Assembly: GCA_944390895.1 (NCBI GenBank)
Contig: CALXRQ010000001.1
Location: 17,563 to 81,562 of the forward strand
Length of the DNA stretch: 64,000 bases
Reading direction: 5' to 3'
Source of the DNA: an uncultured Alphaproteobacteria bacterium
GTDB lineage: Bacteria > Pseudomonadota > Alphaproteobacteria > RF32 > CAG-239
Shown here: positions 17,304-26,650 of the stretch, piece after piece
Layout of the letters: every line of letters begins with the position of its first letter
Numbering within the stretch: position 1 is the first letter of the stretch
Notes under the pieces: generated by a model
The model's database searches: none
Told to the model about the DNA's origin: nothing
Seen by the model: the letters and a program-made list of their open reading frames with translations, nothing else
Translations under genes and position numbers: made by a program

Positions 17304-18335
17304 ATGGCTTTTCTTAAAAAAACTCTGACGGCTCTGGGTGCTTTTTTCCTGATTCTCTGGGGCGGCGCCGGAACTCAAAGCAATAATATGCTGCTGCAGG
17401 GCGGTGGTTTTATCGGTTTGATTATCGGTCTGGTCGTTTTATATATCTTTGTCAAAATGGCTTGGCGGGCAATGGGTTGCCTGCCTTCTTTGCTGATTAT
17501 AACCGGTATTTTTGCTTTTATTCTCTATGCCATCGGCGGTTTCAGCAACGGCGTAACCGGCATTATACCAACCATGCGTGCTTTTCTCGGACAACAGCCT
17601 GCTGCCGGCGTTTCTCAGGTTCCGCAGGGAACGTTCAGTCTCATAGATGAAGACGATATAGATACGGAGGCTGTTGAGATCAGCGAAGAATGTGCCGGCG
17701 AATGTCAGGAAGCCGTGGCCCGCGCTCAGGCTGAATTTGCGCAGCAAAAGAGAATGCAGGCGCAAAATGTACCGGAACAGTCTGCCGGAACTTTCAGTAA
17801 ACTGATGGGATCTTTTGGTGGAAAATCGAAGCCTCAGGCCAGTCTCAATCCGGCTGATTATCCGGCTGTTTACGGCAGTGTCCGCGTTATAAACGGCGAT
17901 ACGTTGATGATGAACGGACATTATATCCGCCTGTTTGGCATTGATGCGCCTGAATCGGACCAAACCTGCGCCAACCGCAGCGGTCGTTCTTACCATTGCG
18001 GACGTCAGGCGGCAACCTGGCTGCGCGACTGGATAACCGACAACGAGCTTGAGTGCCGCATTATGCAGCAGGATGCACGCGGCAATATGGTCGGCGTCTG
18101 CTCGCTTGGACAATATGATCTTGGCGCCGCTTTGGTAAATGCCGGTTGGGCCGTGGCCTATACCAAATATACCGACATTTATATGCCCTATCAGGACAAC
18201 GCCATGAAACAGCGTGTCGGTCTTTGGCAGGGGCGTTTCTATATGCCGTGGGACTGGCGTGCCATCAAAGCTAAAAAACCGAACATCAAGGTGGTTAAAC
18301 CTAAAGTCAAACGCAACAGTATGTGGAATTTCTGA
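17304..18335 (+). CDS. Membrane-anchored staphylococcal-nuclease-like (SNase/thermonuclease) protein
   Basis: N-terminal TM helices. C-terminal SNase motifs (VINGDTLMMNGHYIRLFGIDAPES, ARGNMVGVC, LVNAGWAVAY, GLWQG). Confidence 0.8.
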   Translation: MAFLKKTLTALGAFFLILWGGAGTQSNNMLLQGGGFIGLIIGLVVLYIFVKMAWRAMGCLPSLLIITGIFAFILYAIGGFSNGVTGIIPTMRAFLGQQPAAGVSQVPQGTFSLIDEDDIDTEAVEISEECAGECQEAVARAQAEFAQQKRMQAQNVPEQSAGTFSKLMGSFGGKSKPQASLNPADYPAVYGSVRVINGDTLMMNGHYIRLFGIDAPESDQTCANRSGRSYHCGRQAATWLRDWITDNELECRIMQQDARGNMVGVCSLGQYDLGAALVNAGWAVAYTKYTDIYMPYQDNAMKQRVGLWQGRFYMPWDWRAIKAKKPNIKVVKPKVKRNSMWNF

Positions 18336-18340
18336 CGCAA

Positions 18341-18805
18341 ATGCAGGAAATTTGGAGTTTTTATTCCGCCGGTGAAGCGGACACGGTAAATTTGGGAAGA
18401 GCCTTGGCACAGGTTTCCGTCAAAGGAGACATCTATGCTCTTTTCGGAACTTTGGGAATGGGCAAGAGCGTCTTGTCGCGCGCCTTTGTTCAATATTTCC
18501 AGGGAGAAGTTGACGTGCCGAGCCCGACTTTTACGCTGCTCCAAACCTACGAAGCGCCCGACTTTGACATTTACCATTTCGATCTTTACCGTCTGAAAAG
18601 TCCGGACGAGATTTTTGAATTGGGAATGGAAGAGGCCATGTATAATGGCGTCTGCCTGATTGAATGGCCGGAGAAAATGGGCGCTTATCTGCCCAAACGC
18701 GCCATAACTGTTAAAATTACGCCGGAAGGTTCCGGACGCCGCTTTGCGTTTTTTGCGGAAGGTGCTGCTGCCGAACGTTTGTTGTCGCTGAAAGATAAAC
18801 TATGA
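18341..18805 (+). CDS. tsaE: tRNA t6A biosynthesis protein TsaE
   Basis: P-loop GTLGMGKS, PTFTL, HFDLYR. Start set to the second ATG, downstream of the upstream stop. Confidence 0.88.
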   Translation: MQEIWSFYSAGEADTVNLGRALAQVSVKGDIYALFGTLGMGKSVLSRAFVQYFQGEVDVPSPTFTLLQTYEAPDFDIYHFDLYRLKSPDEIFELGMEEAMYNGVCLIEWPEKMGAYLPKRAITVKITPEGSGRRFAFFAEGAAAERLLSLKDKL

Positions 18806-19218
18806 TTAATATTCACGGCTCCTGCCTGTCATACTATAACAAGGGGATTCTCATCCTCGGCAAATCCGGAACCGGAAAATCGGATTTGTGCCTGCGCATG
18901 ATTATGAACAAAGGAGCCAAGCTTGTTGCCGATGACCGGGTGGACATTTATGTCAGCGGCAGGGATTTGAAAGGCCGCGCCGTTTCAACCATTGCCGGTC
19001 TGTTGGAGGTGAGGGGGATCGGTCTGGCTAAGTTTGACTATCAGCGTTCGGCCAAAATAGCGCTGGTTGTTGAATTGGCAAAATCCCGGGCCGAAGTGGA
19101 AAGAATGCCTGAACCCGAATATTTTGAACATGAAGGAGTCAAAGTCAGAAAAGTCAAACTCTATCCTTTTGATATTTCGGCGCCGGATAAGATTATTCTC
19201 GCCCTGTCCCAAAAATAG
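18802..19218 (+). CDS. hprK: HPr kinase/phosphorylase, short alphaproteobacterial form
   Basis: Walker A (GKSGTGKS) and LLEVRGIGL. ATGA overlap with tsaE. Confidence 0.85.
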   Translation: MINIHGSCLSYYNKGILILGKSGTGKSDLCLRMIMNKGAKLVADDRVDIYVSGRDLKGRAVSTIAGLLEVRGIGLAKFDYQRSAKIALVVELAKSRAEVERMPEPEYFEHEGVKVRKVKLYPFDISAPDKIILALSQK

Positions 19219-19231
19219 GGCGCGTTTTTTT
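19200..19231 (+). terminator. Possible intrinsic terminator after hprK
   Basis: cgccct / agggcg stem followed by a T7 run. Confidence 0.45.
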
Positions 19232-19363
19232 ATTTGCAGATCGTCGCTGCGTCAAAGCCCTGCCGCGGTTTGATTTTTTCTGTGATTGAGTGTGATTAGT
19301 CGGTTGATTTATTGGGGCGTTCGCTTTAAGATGTAACAAAATAATTTAATAGGAAGAAAAAGT

Positions 19364-20155
19364 ATGCTTGTCCGTCCGATACAAAAATTTTTAAGAAAAC
19401 TGGGGCAGCCCCTGGTAACGTTTTTCTCGCGTCTGGGAGAATTGTCTTTGTTCGTTGCCCGCTCGGTATATAATTGTTTTACCCCGCCTTTTTATCTGAA
19501 CAATATCTGGCGTCAGCTGGTTGACATCGGTTTCTATTCTTTGCCGGTTGTAGCCCTGACGACAATTTTTGCCGGTATGGTTATTGCTCTGCAGAGCTAT
19601 TCGGGTTTTTCTCGTTTCGGCGCGGAGAGCGCGGTAGCTTCAGTCGTCCTCATTTCGGTAACCCGTGAGCTGGCGCCGGCTTTGTCTGCTCTTATGGTTG
19701 CCGGCCGCATCGGCGCTGCCATGGCAGCCGAAATCGGCACCATGCGCGTTACCGAGCAGATTGACGCTTTAACCACGCTTTCGACCAATCCGTTCAAATA
19801 TCTGATTGCCCCGCGCGTTATCGCCAGCGTCATCGTTTTGCCGGTTTTGGTCATGATCGGCGACGTCATCGGCATTTTCGGCGGTTATGTCGTCGGCGTT
19901 TATCAGCTTGGTTTTAACCCCGCCAACTATATCAAATCCACAATTGACAATTTGCAGGCGCTGGATATTACCACCGGTCTGGTTAAAGCCGCTGTGTTTG
20001 GTTTTATCATTGCCGTCATGGGCTGCTATAACGGATATAAGTCTAAAGGCGGCGCTCAGGGTGTCGGCGACGCGACTACCAATTCGGTTGTGTCTTCGTC
20101 TATTCTGATTCTTATTTTCAACTATATCATTACCGGTATGTTCTTTTCAAAATAA
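19364..20155 (+). CDS. mlaE: Phospholipid ABC transporter permease MlaE
   Basis: MlaE-type polytopic permease (LTRELAPALSALMVAGRIGAAMAAEIGTMRVTEQIDAL). Confidence 0.9.
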   Translation: MLVRPIQKFLRKLGQPLVTFFSRLGELSLFVARSVYNCFTPPFYLNNIWRQLVDIGFYSLPVVALTTIFAGMVIALQSYSGFSRFGAESAVASVVLISVTRELAPALSALMVAGRIGAAMAAEIGTMRVTEQIDALTTLSTNPFKYLIAPRVIASVIVLPVLVMIGDVIGIFGGYVVGVYQLGFNPANYIKSTIDNLQALDITTGLVKAAVFGFIIAVMGCYNGYKSKGGAQGVGDATTNSVVSSSILILIFNYIITGMFFSK

Positions 20156-20176
20156 GCGGCTTGGAGAAAAAATAAT

Positions 20177-20941
20177 ATGAGTAATCCTAAAATAAAAATC
20201 ACCAATCTTCACAAAGCTTTTGGCCGCAAAGTTGTTTTGGACGGAATTGATTTGGAAATCGCCGAAGGCGAGTCTTTGGTGGTCATCGGCGGTTCCGGTA
20301 CCGGAAAGTCGGTTTTGATTAAATGTATTCAGGGTATCTTAACCCCGGATAAAGGCTCCATTCTGGTTGACGATCAGGAAGTTGTCGGCGTCAGCGAAAA
20401 AGAAAAGGAATTGCTGCACTCCAAAATGGGAATGCTGTTTCAGGGCGGCGCCTTGTTTGACAGCTTGAGCGTCTGGGAAAACGTTGCTTTCGGCCTGATT
20501 GAAAATCAGAATATGGAACGCAAGGCCGCCAAAATGGAAGCAATCCGCGTTTTACGCCAAGTTGGTCTGGCGCCTGACGTGGCTGATTTGTCGCCGTCCG
20601 AGCTTTCCGGCGGTATGCAGAAGCGCGTCGGTCTGGCGCGGGCTATTGCCACGCGTCCGGAAATCATCTTTTTTGACGAACCGACTACGGGGCTTGACCC
20701 GATTATGTCCGATGTTATCAACGATTTGATTATTGAATCCGTTAAAGGCCTGGGCGCAACGGCTCTGACCATCACGCATGATATGGCTTCCGCCCGCAAA
20801 ATTGCCGACCGCATCGCCATGCTTTATCAGGGCAAAATCATCTGGCAGGGCACGGTTAAGGAAATGGATAAGACCAACAACGAATATGTCAGACAGTTTA
20901 TCAACGGCAGTTCTCAGGGACCGATTAAAGTGGAGGTATAG
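20177..20941 (+). CDS. mlaF: Phospholipid ABC transporter ATP-binding protein MlaF
   Basis: Walker A (GGSGTGKS), signature (LSGGMQKR), Walker B (IIFFDEP). Confidence 0.9.
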   Translation: MSNPKIKITNLHKAFGRKVVLDGIDLEIAEGESLVVIGGSGTGKSVLIKCIQGILTPDKGSILVDDQEVVGVSEKEKELLHSKMGMLFQGGALFDSLSVWENVAFGLIENQNMERKAAKMEAIRVLRQVGLAPDVADLSPSELSGGMQKRVGLARAIATRPEIIFFDEPTTGLDPIMSDVINDLIIESVKGLGATALTITHDMASARKIADRIAMLYQGKIIWQGTVKEMDKTNNEYVRQFINGSSQGPIKVEV

Positions 20942-20943
20942 CC

Positions 20944-22314
20944 TTGGCTAAAAAGGGGACGGATTTTGTTTGTCAGAACTGCGGCGCCGTTTATCCCAAA
21001 TGGCAGGGTAAATGTGATGCCTGCGGCGAGTGGAACACCATCGTTGAAGAAAAAATCGGCGGCGAGGGTTTTTCCAATCTGACCCCGAAACATAAAGGAA
21101 AAATCATTGATTTTGTTCCGCTGGTCGGCTCTCAGGAAAAACTGGAGCGTCTGACCACCGGCATTAAAGAATTGGATCGTGTCTGCGGCGGCGGTTTGGT
21201 TCCGGGATCCGTCATTTTGGTCGGCGGCGACCCGGGTATCGGCAAATCAACATTGCTTTTGCAGGCCTGCGCCAAAATTGCCTCTCTGCCGATAAATCCC
21301 GAGGTTTATTATATTTCCGGCGAGGAGGCCATTGATCAGGTTCGCATCCGTGCCAAAAGACTCAAACTTGAACATGCGCCGGTCAATCTGGCCAGTGCCA
21401 CCGACGTCAAAGACATTATCACCACGCTTGAAAAATCCAATGCCGATGTGGTGATTATCGATTCTATCCAAACCATGTATCTGGAAGAGGTTGAATCGAC
21501 GCCCGGCAGCGTCACGCAGGTTCGCGCCTGTTCCTATGAATTGATTAAACTTGCCAAACGCAAGGGATTTACGCTGTTTTTGGTTGGTCATGTCACCAAA
21601 CAGGGAGCCATTGCCGGTCCGCGCGTTTTGGAACATATGGTGGATACCGTACTTTATTTTGAAGGCGAGCGCGGCCATCATTTCCGCATTTTGCGGGCGG
21701 TTAAAAACCGTTACGGCGCCACCGACGAAATCGGTGTTTTTGAAATGCAGGATCAGGGATTGGTTGAGGTTGAAAATCCTTCGGCGCTGTTTTTGGCCGA
21801 ACGTCAGGGGAATATTTCCGGTTCCTGCGTTTTTGCCGGCGTAGAAGGTTCTCGTCCGGTTTTGGTGGAAATTCAGGCTTTGGTCAGCCCCACCGGTTAT
21901 TCCAGCCCCAAAAGGGCCGTCGTCGGCTGGGATTCCAACCGTTTGGCAATGGTTTTGGCGGTTTTGGAAGCCCGCTGCGGAATGAACCTGAGTTCGCAGG
22001 ACGTATATCTGAACATTGCCGGCGGTTTGCGTATCAGCGAACCGGCTGCCGATTTGGCCGTGGCAATGGCTATCATTTCATCACTGCACAACAAGCCGCT
22101 GCCGCATGATATGGTCATCTTCGGCGAGATCGGACTTTCCGGTGAAATTCGCGCTGTTTCGCAGCCGACTTCGCGTTTAAAAGAAGCGCACAAGCTTGGT
22201 TTTTCAAGCTGTATCATTCCGCCGACCCACAACAAAGACAAAAAGCCCAACAATACAGATATGACCGTTTATGAAATCGGCAATGTCCAGCGGCTGATTA
22301 ACTGGTTTAACTGA
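20944..22314 (+). CDS. radA: DNA repair protein RadA
   Basis: C4 zinc finger (CQNCG..CDACGEW), Walker A (GDPGIGKST), KNRYG motif, Lon-like C-terminus. TTG start. Confidence 0.95.
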   Translation: MAKKGTDFVCQNCGAVYPKWQGKCDACGEWNTIVEEKIGGEGFSNLTPKHKGKIIDFVPLVGSQEKLERLTTGIKELDRVCGGGLVPGSVILVGGDPGIGKSTLLLQACAKIASLPINPEVYYISGEEAIDQVRIRAKRLKLEHAPVNLASATDVKDIITTLEKSNADVVIIDSIQTMYLEEVESTPGSVTQVRACSYELIKLAKRKGFTLFLVGHVTKQGAIAGPRVLEHMVDTVLYFEGERGHHFRILRAVKNRYGATDEIGVFEMQDQGLVEVENPSALFLAERQGNISGSCVFAGVEGSRPVLVEIQALVSPTGYSSPKRAVVGWDSNRLAMVLAVLEARCGMNLSSQDVYLNIAGGLRISEPAADLAVAMAIISSLHNKPLPHDMVIFGEIGLSGEIRAVSQPTSRLKEAHKLGFSSCIIPPTHNKDKKPNNTDMTVYEIGNVQRLINWFN

Positions 22315-22332
22315 AATTAAGGAACGCCTTCC

Positions 22333-23112
22333 ATGCAGAATTTGAATAATTTGGATATTGTCATCTTGATTATCGTCGGTATTTCCGCGCTTATCGCGCT
22401 TGGCCGCGGACTGATAAAGGAGGTTCTTTCCATTGTCGGCTGGGTTCTGTCGGTTATAGCCGTTATTTATCTTCTGCCTCTGGTCAACCCCTTTATGTCC
22501 GAACACATCGAAAGCCCGGCCATGGCGGCGGTTGTCAGTTCTTTTTGCATTGTTATTGCATTTTTTATCGTCTGGATACTGCTCACCGGCAGCCTGATCG
22601 GAAAAGTCCGCAAAAGCAAGCTGAGCGGCCTGGATCGTGTTTTAGGCTTGTTTTTTGGCGTTTTCCGCGCTTTTTTGCTGGTTGTGCTGTTTTATATCCT
22701 TATCAACTGGATGGTTCCCAAAGACAAGCAGTCCGAACTGCTGACGGAATCAAAATATTTTAACATCGCCGGTTCATTTGCTCAACCGATTGAAGCGCTG
22801 ATTCCGGAGTCAACGCTGGAAAAGATCAGGGAAAAGAGCCGTCAGGTCAGCGGAGAGGAACCGGTCGAAGAAGATGACGGCAAACCCAAAACCGATGTCG
22901 ACGTTTTGTTTGAAATGCTGGCTCAGCCCAAAGTCGCATCCAAGAAAAAAACAGACAAGCCTGTAGCCGTCATTAACAATGATTTTGCGAACAAAGCGCT
23001 GGAAAAGAAACGCGCTGAAGAGAAAAAAGAAGAAAAAAAGCCGGAAGAAAAAGGTTATAACGAACATGAACGCGATAATTTGGATCGCCTGATCGAAACA
23101 ACCGTTGAATAG
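22333..23112 (+). CDS. cvpA: CvpA-family membrane protein with charged C-terminal extension
   Basis: Four TM helices typical of CvpA, followed by a K/E-rich tail. Confidence 0.8.
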   Translation: MQNLNNLDIVILIIVGISALIALGRGLIKEVLSIVGWVLSVIAVIYLLPLVNPFMSEHIESPAMAAVVSSFCIVIAFFIVWILLTGSLIGKVRKSKLSGLDRVLGLFFGVFRAFLLVVLFYILINWMVPKDKQSELLTESKYFNIAGSFAQPIEALIPESTLEKIREKSRQVSGEEPVEEDDGKPKTDVDVLFEMLAQPKVASKKKTDKPVAVINNDFANKALEKKRAEEKKEEKKPEEKGYNEHERDNLDRLIETTVE

Positions 23113-23115
23113 TCA

Positions 23116-23142
23116 AAAAGCCCTCTGAGAAGAGGGCTTTTT
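23116..23142. terminator. Bidirectional intrinsic terminator between convergent genes
   Basis: gccctct / agagggc stem with loop gaga, flanked by A- and T-runs. Confidence 0.75.
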
Positions 23143-23166
23143 ACCATTTTGCCGCCGGGAGAGAAG

Positions 23167-23730
23167 CTACGGCGCCAAAGTTTTTATCCATTCCGCAAAA
23201 GAAGGATAATTGGCGCAGAAAAATCCTTTGCCGTTGAGAATGCTTTGATAGCTTTCGCAGCGGACAATTATTTCTTCGGGAATAAAGTTCCTTTTCAGCA
23301 GCTTGTCCTGCATTTTGTCCCAGTTTTCGGCCCGAATGACATAATATCCGCACTCGCTGCAAAAGTCGCCGGTCAGTTCCAGTAAAATCGGCAGATGCGT
23401 AATGACGTGAACATGCTGAACCTTTCTTTCCCTGCCGTGAAAGACAATTTGCCCGTAAAGCTTTTCAACAAAGTCTTTCAGCTGAGCGGAAGACATACAG
23501 TCCAAATCCGGATTGTCATGCAGCTCCGGCAGAAAAAGCAGCGGTGCCCGCAAAACCAGATTTCGTATCTGTGCCGTAATTTCGGCCCGCTTGACTGAAG
23601 AACTTAAAACCAGAGCCGGTCCGTATTGCAACAGGTCTTTGCCTGAAAAATAAGCGGCAAGCATACTAAGCGGCGTAATGCCGGCGTTTTCATCCATAAT
23701 TCCGTGCCGGCCTAATGTTATCGTTACCAT
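23167..23730 (-). CDS. Histidine phosphatase superfamily protein (SixA-like)
   Basis: N-terminal RHG motif (TLGRHG) and a second His in VITHLPIL. Confidence 0.55.
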   Translation of the reverse strand: MVTITLGRHGIMDENAGITPLSMLAAYFSGKDLLQYGPALVLSSSVKRAEITAQIRNLVLRAPLLFLPELHDNPDLDCMSSAQLKDFVEKLYGQIVFHGRERKVQHVHVITHLPILLELTGDFCSECGYYVIRAENWDKMQDKLLKRNFIPEEIIVRCESYQSILNGKGFFCANYPSFAEWIKTLAP

Positions 23731-23806
23731 AGTTTGATAGTTTTAGAGAATTAATAATCGCTTGTCGTTTCTGCAATTAACACAGATTTTTAATCTTTTC
23801 AACCGC

Positions 23807-23830
23807 AAAAAAAAGCAGGCTTTCGCCTGC
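23807..23830 (-). terminator. Intrinsic terminator after recR
   Basis: On the minus strand: GCAGGC-GAAA-GCCTGC followed by T8. Confidence 0.8.
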
Positions 23831-23848
23831 CTGATGAAAAATACCGCC

Positions 23849-24442
23849 TTACAGAAGCTTTCTTGAATTGAGTGCCAGCTGAATTGTGCCCTCGTCCATA
23901 TAATCAAGTTCCGCCCCCATCGGAATACCCTGCGCCAGGGTGGTTATTTTGGCCCCTGAGTCCTTGAGTCTGGAAACCAGGTAATGAGATGTAATCTGAC
24001 CGTCAACCGTTGCCGGCAGAGCTAAAATGACCTCTGTAATGCCTTCTTTAGCGATTCGCTCGGCCAAAGCATCAATGTTCAGGTCTTCCGGAGCAATGCC
24101 GTCCAGAGCGGATAATATGCCGCCCAGCACATGATAACGTCCCTTAAAGAAAGAGACCCTTTCCATGGCCCATAAATCGGCCACGTCCTGCACCACGCAC
24201 AGCGTATGCGGTTCCCTGACCGGAGAAGCGCAGATGGAACAGGGGGAGGTAGTGTCATAATTGCCGCAGATCTCACAGGTTTTGATGTTTTCGGCCACCT
24301 GAGACATCGCTTCAATCAACGGCAGCATCAAAGTTTCCTTTTTCTTAAGCATTTGCAGCACAATCCGCCGCGCCGAACGCGTTCCCAGCGACGGCAGCTT
24401 TGCCACCAGCTTGATAAGTTTTTCAATATCCTGTCCGGCCAT
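23849..24442 (-). CDS. recR: Recombination protein RecR
   Basis: C4 zinc finger (CEICGNYDTTSPCSIC) and Toprim domain. Confidence 0.96.
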   Translation of the reverse strand: MAGQDIEKLIKLVAKLPSLGTRSARRIVLQMLKKKETLMLPLIEAMSQVAENIKTCEICGNYDTTSPCSICASPVREPHTLCVVQDVADLWAMERVSFFKGRYHVLGGILSALDGIAPEDLNIDALAERIAKEGITEVILALPATVDGQITSHYLVSRLKDSGAKITTLAQGIPMGAELDYMDEGTIQLALNSRKLL

Positions 24443-24451
24443 GGTTTGCGC

Positions 24452-24772
24452 TTAAAAGGGAAGCTTCAGACCCGGAATGTTGATTCCGCCGGTAGCGCTG
24501 GAAATTGCATTGTTCAGATTGGATTCGACTTTGGTTTTGGCGTCATTGTAGGCCGCCATGATTAAATCTTCCAGAATGTCGGTTTCATCCGCATTGATTA
24601 AAGACTTGTCAAGCGTGATTTTTTTCATTTCAAATTTGCCGTTTAAAGTCACGCTGACCATTCCGCCGCCGCTGGTGCCGCAAACTTCTTCCTGAGCGGC
24701 CTTTTCCTGAGCTTCTTCCATTTTTTTCTGCATCATTTGGGCTTGTTTCATAATCCCTTGAATATTCATCAT
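24452..24772 (-). CDS. ybaB: Nucleoid-associated protein YbaB/EbfC
   Basis: Conserved dnaX-ybaB-recR synteny. Sequence MMQKKMEEAQEKAA...V.G.SGGGMV. Confidence 0.93.
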   Translation of the reverse strand: MMNIQGIMKQAQMMQKKMEEAQEKAAQEEVCGTSGGGMVSVTLNGKFEMKKITLDKSLINADETDILEDLIMAAYNDAKTKVESNLNNAISSATGGINIPGLKLPF

Positions 24773-24774
24773 GG

Positions 24775-26484
24775 TTATAAATCCTCGTCAAAATAAGTTT
24801 CGTTGTCTTCACTTGGGGCGTTGCCCTCTTCTTCGTCAAGTTGTTTGATTCTGGTTAACGTTTCGATTTTTGAGCCCTTAAATTCGGCTAAAATCGCCTT
24901 AACCAGCGGATATTCCGAAATACTGCGCTTGTTGGCCTCGGTTTCGGCGTTTTCCTTGGCGGCCAAAGTCTGTCCGACTGCGCCGCGGATAGTCTCTATT
25001 TTCCAGTTTTTGCCGGTTGCGTCAGCCAGTTCCTTATGCAGATTCAAAATAAAATCATTGGAGATTTTATCCGAAATCGTCATTTTTATCAGTCCGTCGG
25101 CAAATTCTTCAACGGCAATGTCGTTTTTGATAGAATAAGCCAGCAGGATTTTGCGGTTTGCTTCAAAATAAGCAGCCATCTCTTCCGGAGAATTAAAGCT
25201 GACTTTGCCGTGCCGCTGTTCCTGATTTTCGCTTTCGGCCAGCGCTGCGGCATGGCTCAACGGAATGGTTGTCGGACATTCGGCGGCGTTTTGAGCCGCT
25301 GACAGGTTTAAATTAGAGTTTTTTTTTACGTCGTTCAAAATTTCGAAAGGCGTTGGCAGGGAGGCTGAATATGCGATTCTGATAAGTATCATTTCCAGAG
25401 CGTCAATCTGAACCGGCGCCATCGCCAGTTCGCTGATGCCCTTAATCATCATTTGCCAGATTTTGGACAAGACCGCAATTGAAATCGTGCCCGAAAGTTT
25501 TTTGCAGAGCTCTTTTTCGCTTTCGGCCAAACTGTCGTCTTCCGCTGAAGACGGAACGATTTTGGCTTTGGCGATCATGTGGGTGATATTAACCAAATCC
25601 TGTAACAGCGTAGTCGGATTGGCGCCGTTTTTGTACTGTTCGTCGAGTTTGTTCAGAACCTCGTCAACTTTGCCCTGCACCAAAGCCTCAAACAGTTCGA
25701 AAGTCTGGTTGCGGTCGGCCAGACCGATCATATTTTTAACAATATCGGTTTTAACGATTCCCGAACTCAGCGATATGGCCTGATCCAGAAGCGACAAACC
25801 GTCGCGGCAGGAACCGTCTGCCGCCTTGGCAATAATTTGCAATGCCTCGTCTTCGGCTTGCAAGCCTTCTTTGGCAATAATGTTTTTGAAATGGTTAAAC
25901 AGCGTGTCTATCGTCAATCGCTGCAAGTCAAAACGCTGGCAGCGTGACAGAACCGTTACCGGAACCTTGCGGATTTCGGTCGTGGCAAAAATAAACTTAA
26001 CGTGTGACGGCGGTTCTTCCAGAGTTTTCAAAAGTGCGTTAAAAGCGTTTTTCGAAAGCATATGGACTTCGTCGATGATATAAACCTTGTAACGAGCATT
26101 GGTCGGCTTGTAACGCACGCCGTCCAAAATCTCGCGGATGTCGTCAACGCCGGTTCGCGATGCGGCGTCAAGCTCCAGCACGTCAATATGCCGTCCTTCG
26201 GAAATGGCTTTGCAGTTGTCGCAGATTCCGCAGGGCTTGATGGTCGGGCCGCCGTGGCCGTCTTTGCCAGTACAGTTCAGTGCCTTGGCAATAATGCGGG
26301 CCGTCGTAGTTTTTCCGACGCCGCGGATGCCGGTGAGAATATAGGCATGATGAAGGCGGTTGTTTTTAATGGCATTGGTCAAAGTCTGCACCAGCGCATC
26401 CTGCCCGAGCAAGTCGTCAAAATTTTGCGGGCGGTATTTTCTTGCCAGTACAACGTATTGATTATCTTTGTTTTCTTCAGCCAT
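24775..26484 (-). CDS. dnaX: DNA polymerase III subunit tau (gamma/tau)
   Basis: ARKYRPQNFDDL, Walker A (GIRGVGKTT), zinc module (CGICDNC), LSRCQRF. Start set to ATG 26484, because the longer ORF-track start (26583) would run through ffs. Confidence 0.95.
   Translation of the reverse strand: MAEENKDNQYVVLARKYRPQNFDDLLGQDALVQTLTNAIKNNRLHHAYILTGIRGVGKTTTARIIAKALNCTGKDGHGGPTIKPCGICDNCKAISEGRHIDVLELDAASRTGVDDIREILDGVRYKPTNARYKVYIIDEVHMLSKNAFNALLKTLEEPPSHVKFIFATTEIRKVPVTVLSRCQRFDLQRLTIDTLFNHFKNIIAKEGLQAEDEALQIIAKAADGSCRDGLSLLDQAISLSSGIVKTDIVKNMIGLADRNQTFELFEALVQGKVDEVLNKLDEQYKNGANPTTLLQDLVNITHMIAKAKIVPSSAEDDSLAESEKELCKKLSGTISIAVLSKIWQMMIKGISELAMAPVQIDALEMILIRIAYSASLPTPFEILNDVKKNSNLNLSAAQNAAECPTTIPLSHAAALAESENQEQRHGKVSFNSPEEMAAYFEANRKILLAYSIKNDIAVEEFADGLIKMTISDKISNDFILNLHKELADATGKNWKIETIRGAVGQTLAAKENAETEANKRSISEYPLVKAILAEFKGSKIETLTRIKQLDEEEGNAPSEDNETYFDEDL
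25319..25327 (-). other. A9 homopolymer (candidate slippery site) inside dnaX
   Basis: GTA AAA AAA AAC at codons 386-389 of 569. The -1 frame reaches TAA after 2 codons and the +1 frame reaches TAA after 3. Confidence 0.45.
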
Positions 26485-26504
26485 TGATCCGAACTTCATT
26501 TGAA

Positions 26505-26600
26505 AATGGTGGAGGGTATTCAGCCTTGCTTTAACCGTTACGGCTGCTTCCTTCCGGACCTGACCGGATTGGCGGCAAAGCAACCCAAAACCCTCCGAGG
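26505..26600 (-). ncRNA. ffs: Signal recognition particle RNA (4.5S RNA)
   Basis: The minus strand reads GGTCAGGTCCGGAAGGAAGCAGCC, the conserved SRP domain IV motif. Terminal helix GGAGGGT / ACCCTCC plus internal pairings (TTGCTTT / AAAGCAA). Position upstream of dnaX matches many bacteria. Confidence 0.85.
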
Positions 26601-26650
26601 GATAATATCGCCGATTCTCAAGATTATTTCAAGCGATATTTTCAATTAAA

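Noticed and set aside
17439-18410. 323-aa ORF on the minus strand
   Set aside because: It is antisense to the SNase-like gene and tsaE. It has no recognisable motifs and an R/H/F-rich shadow composition.
26485-26583. 33-codon N-terminal extension of dnaX in the ORF track
   Set aside because: The extension runs through the ffs (SRP RNA) gene. Conserved DnaX sequence begins right after the internal Met (MAEENKDNQYVVLARKYRPQNF).
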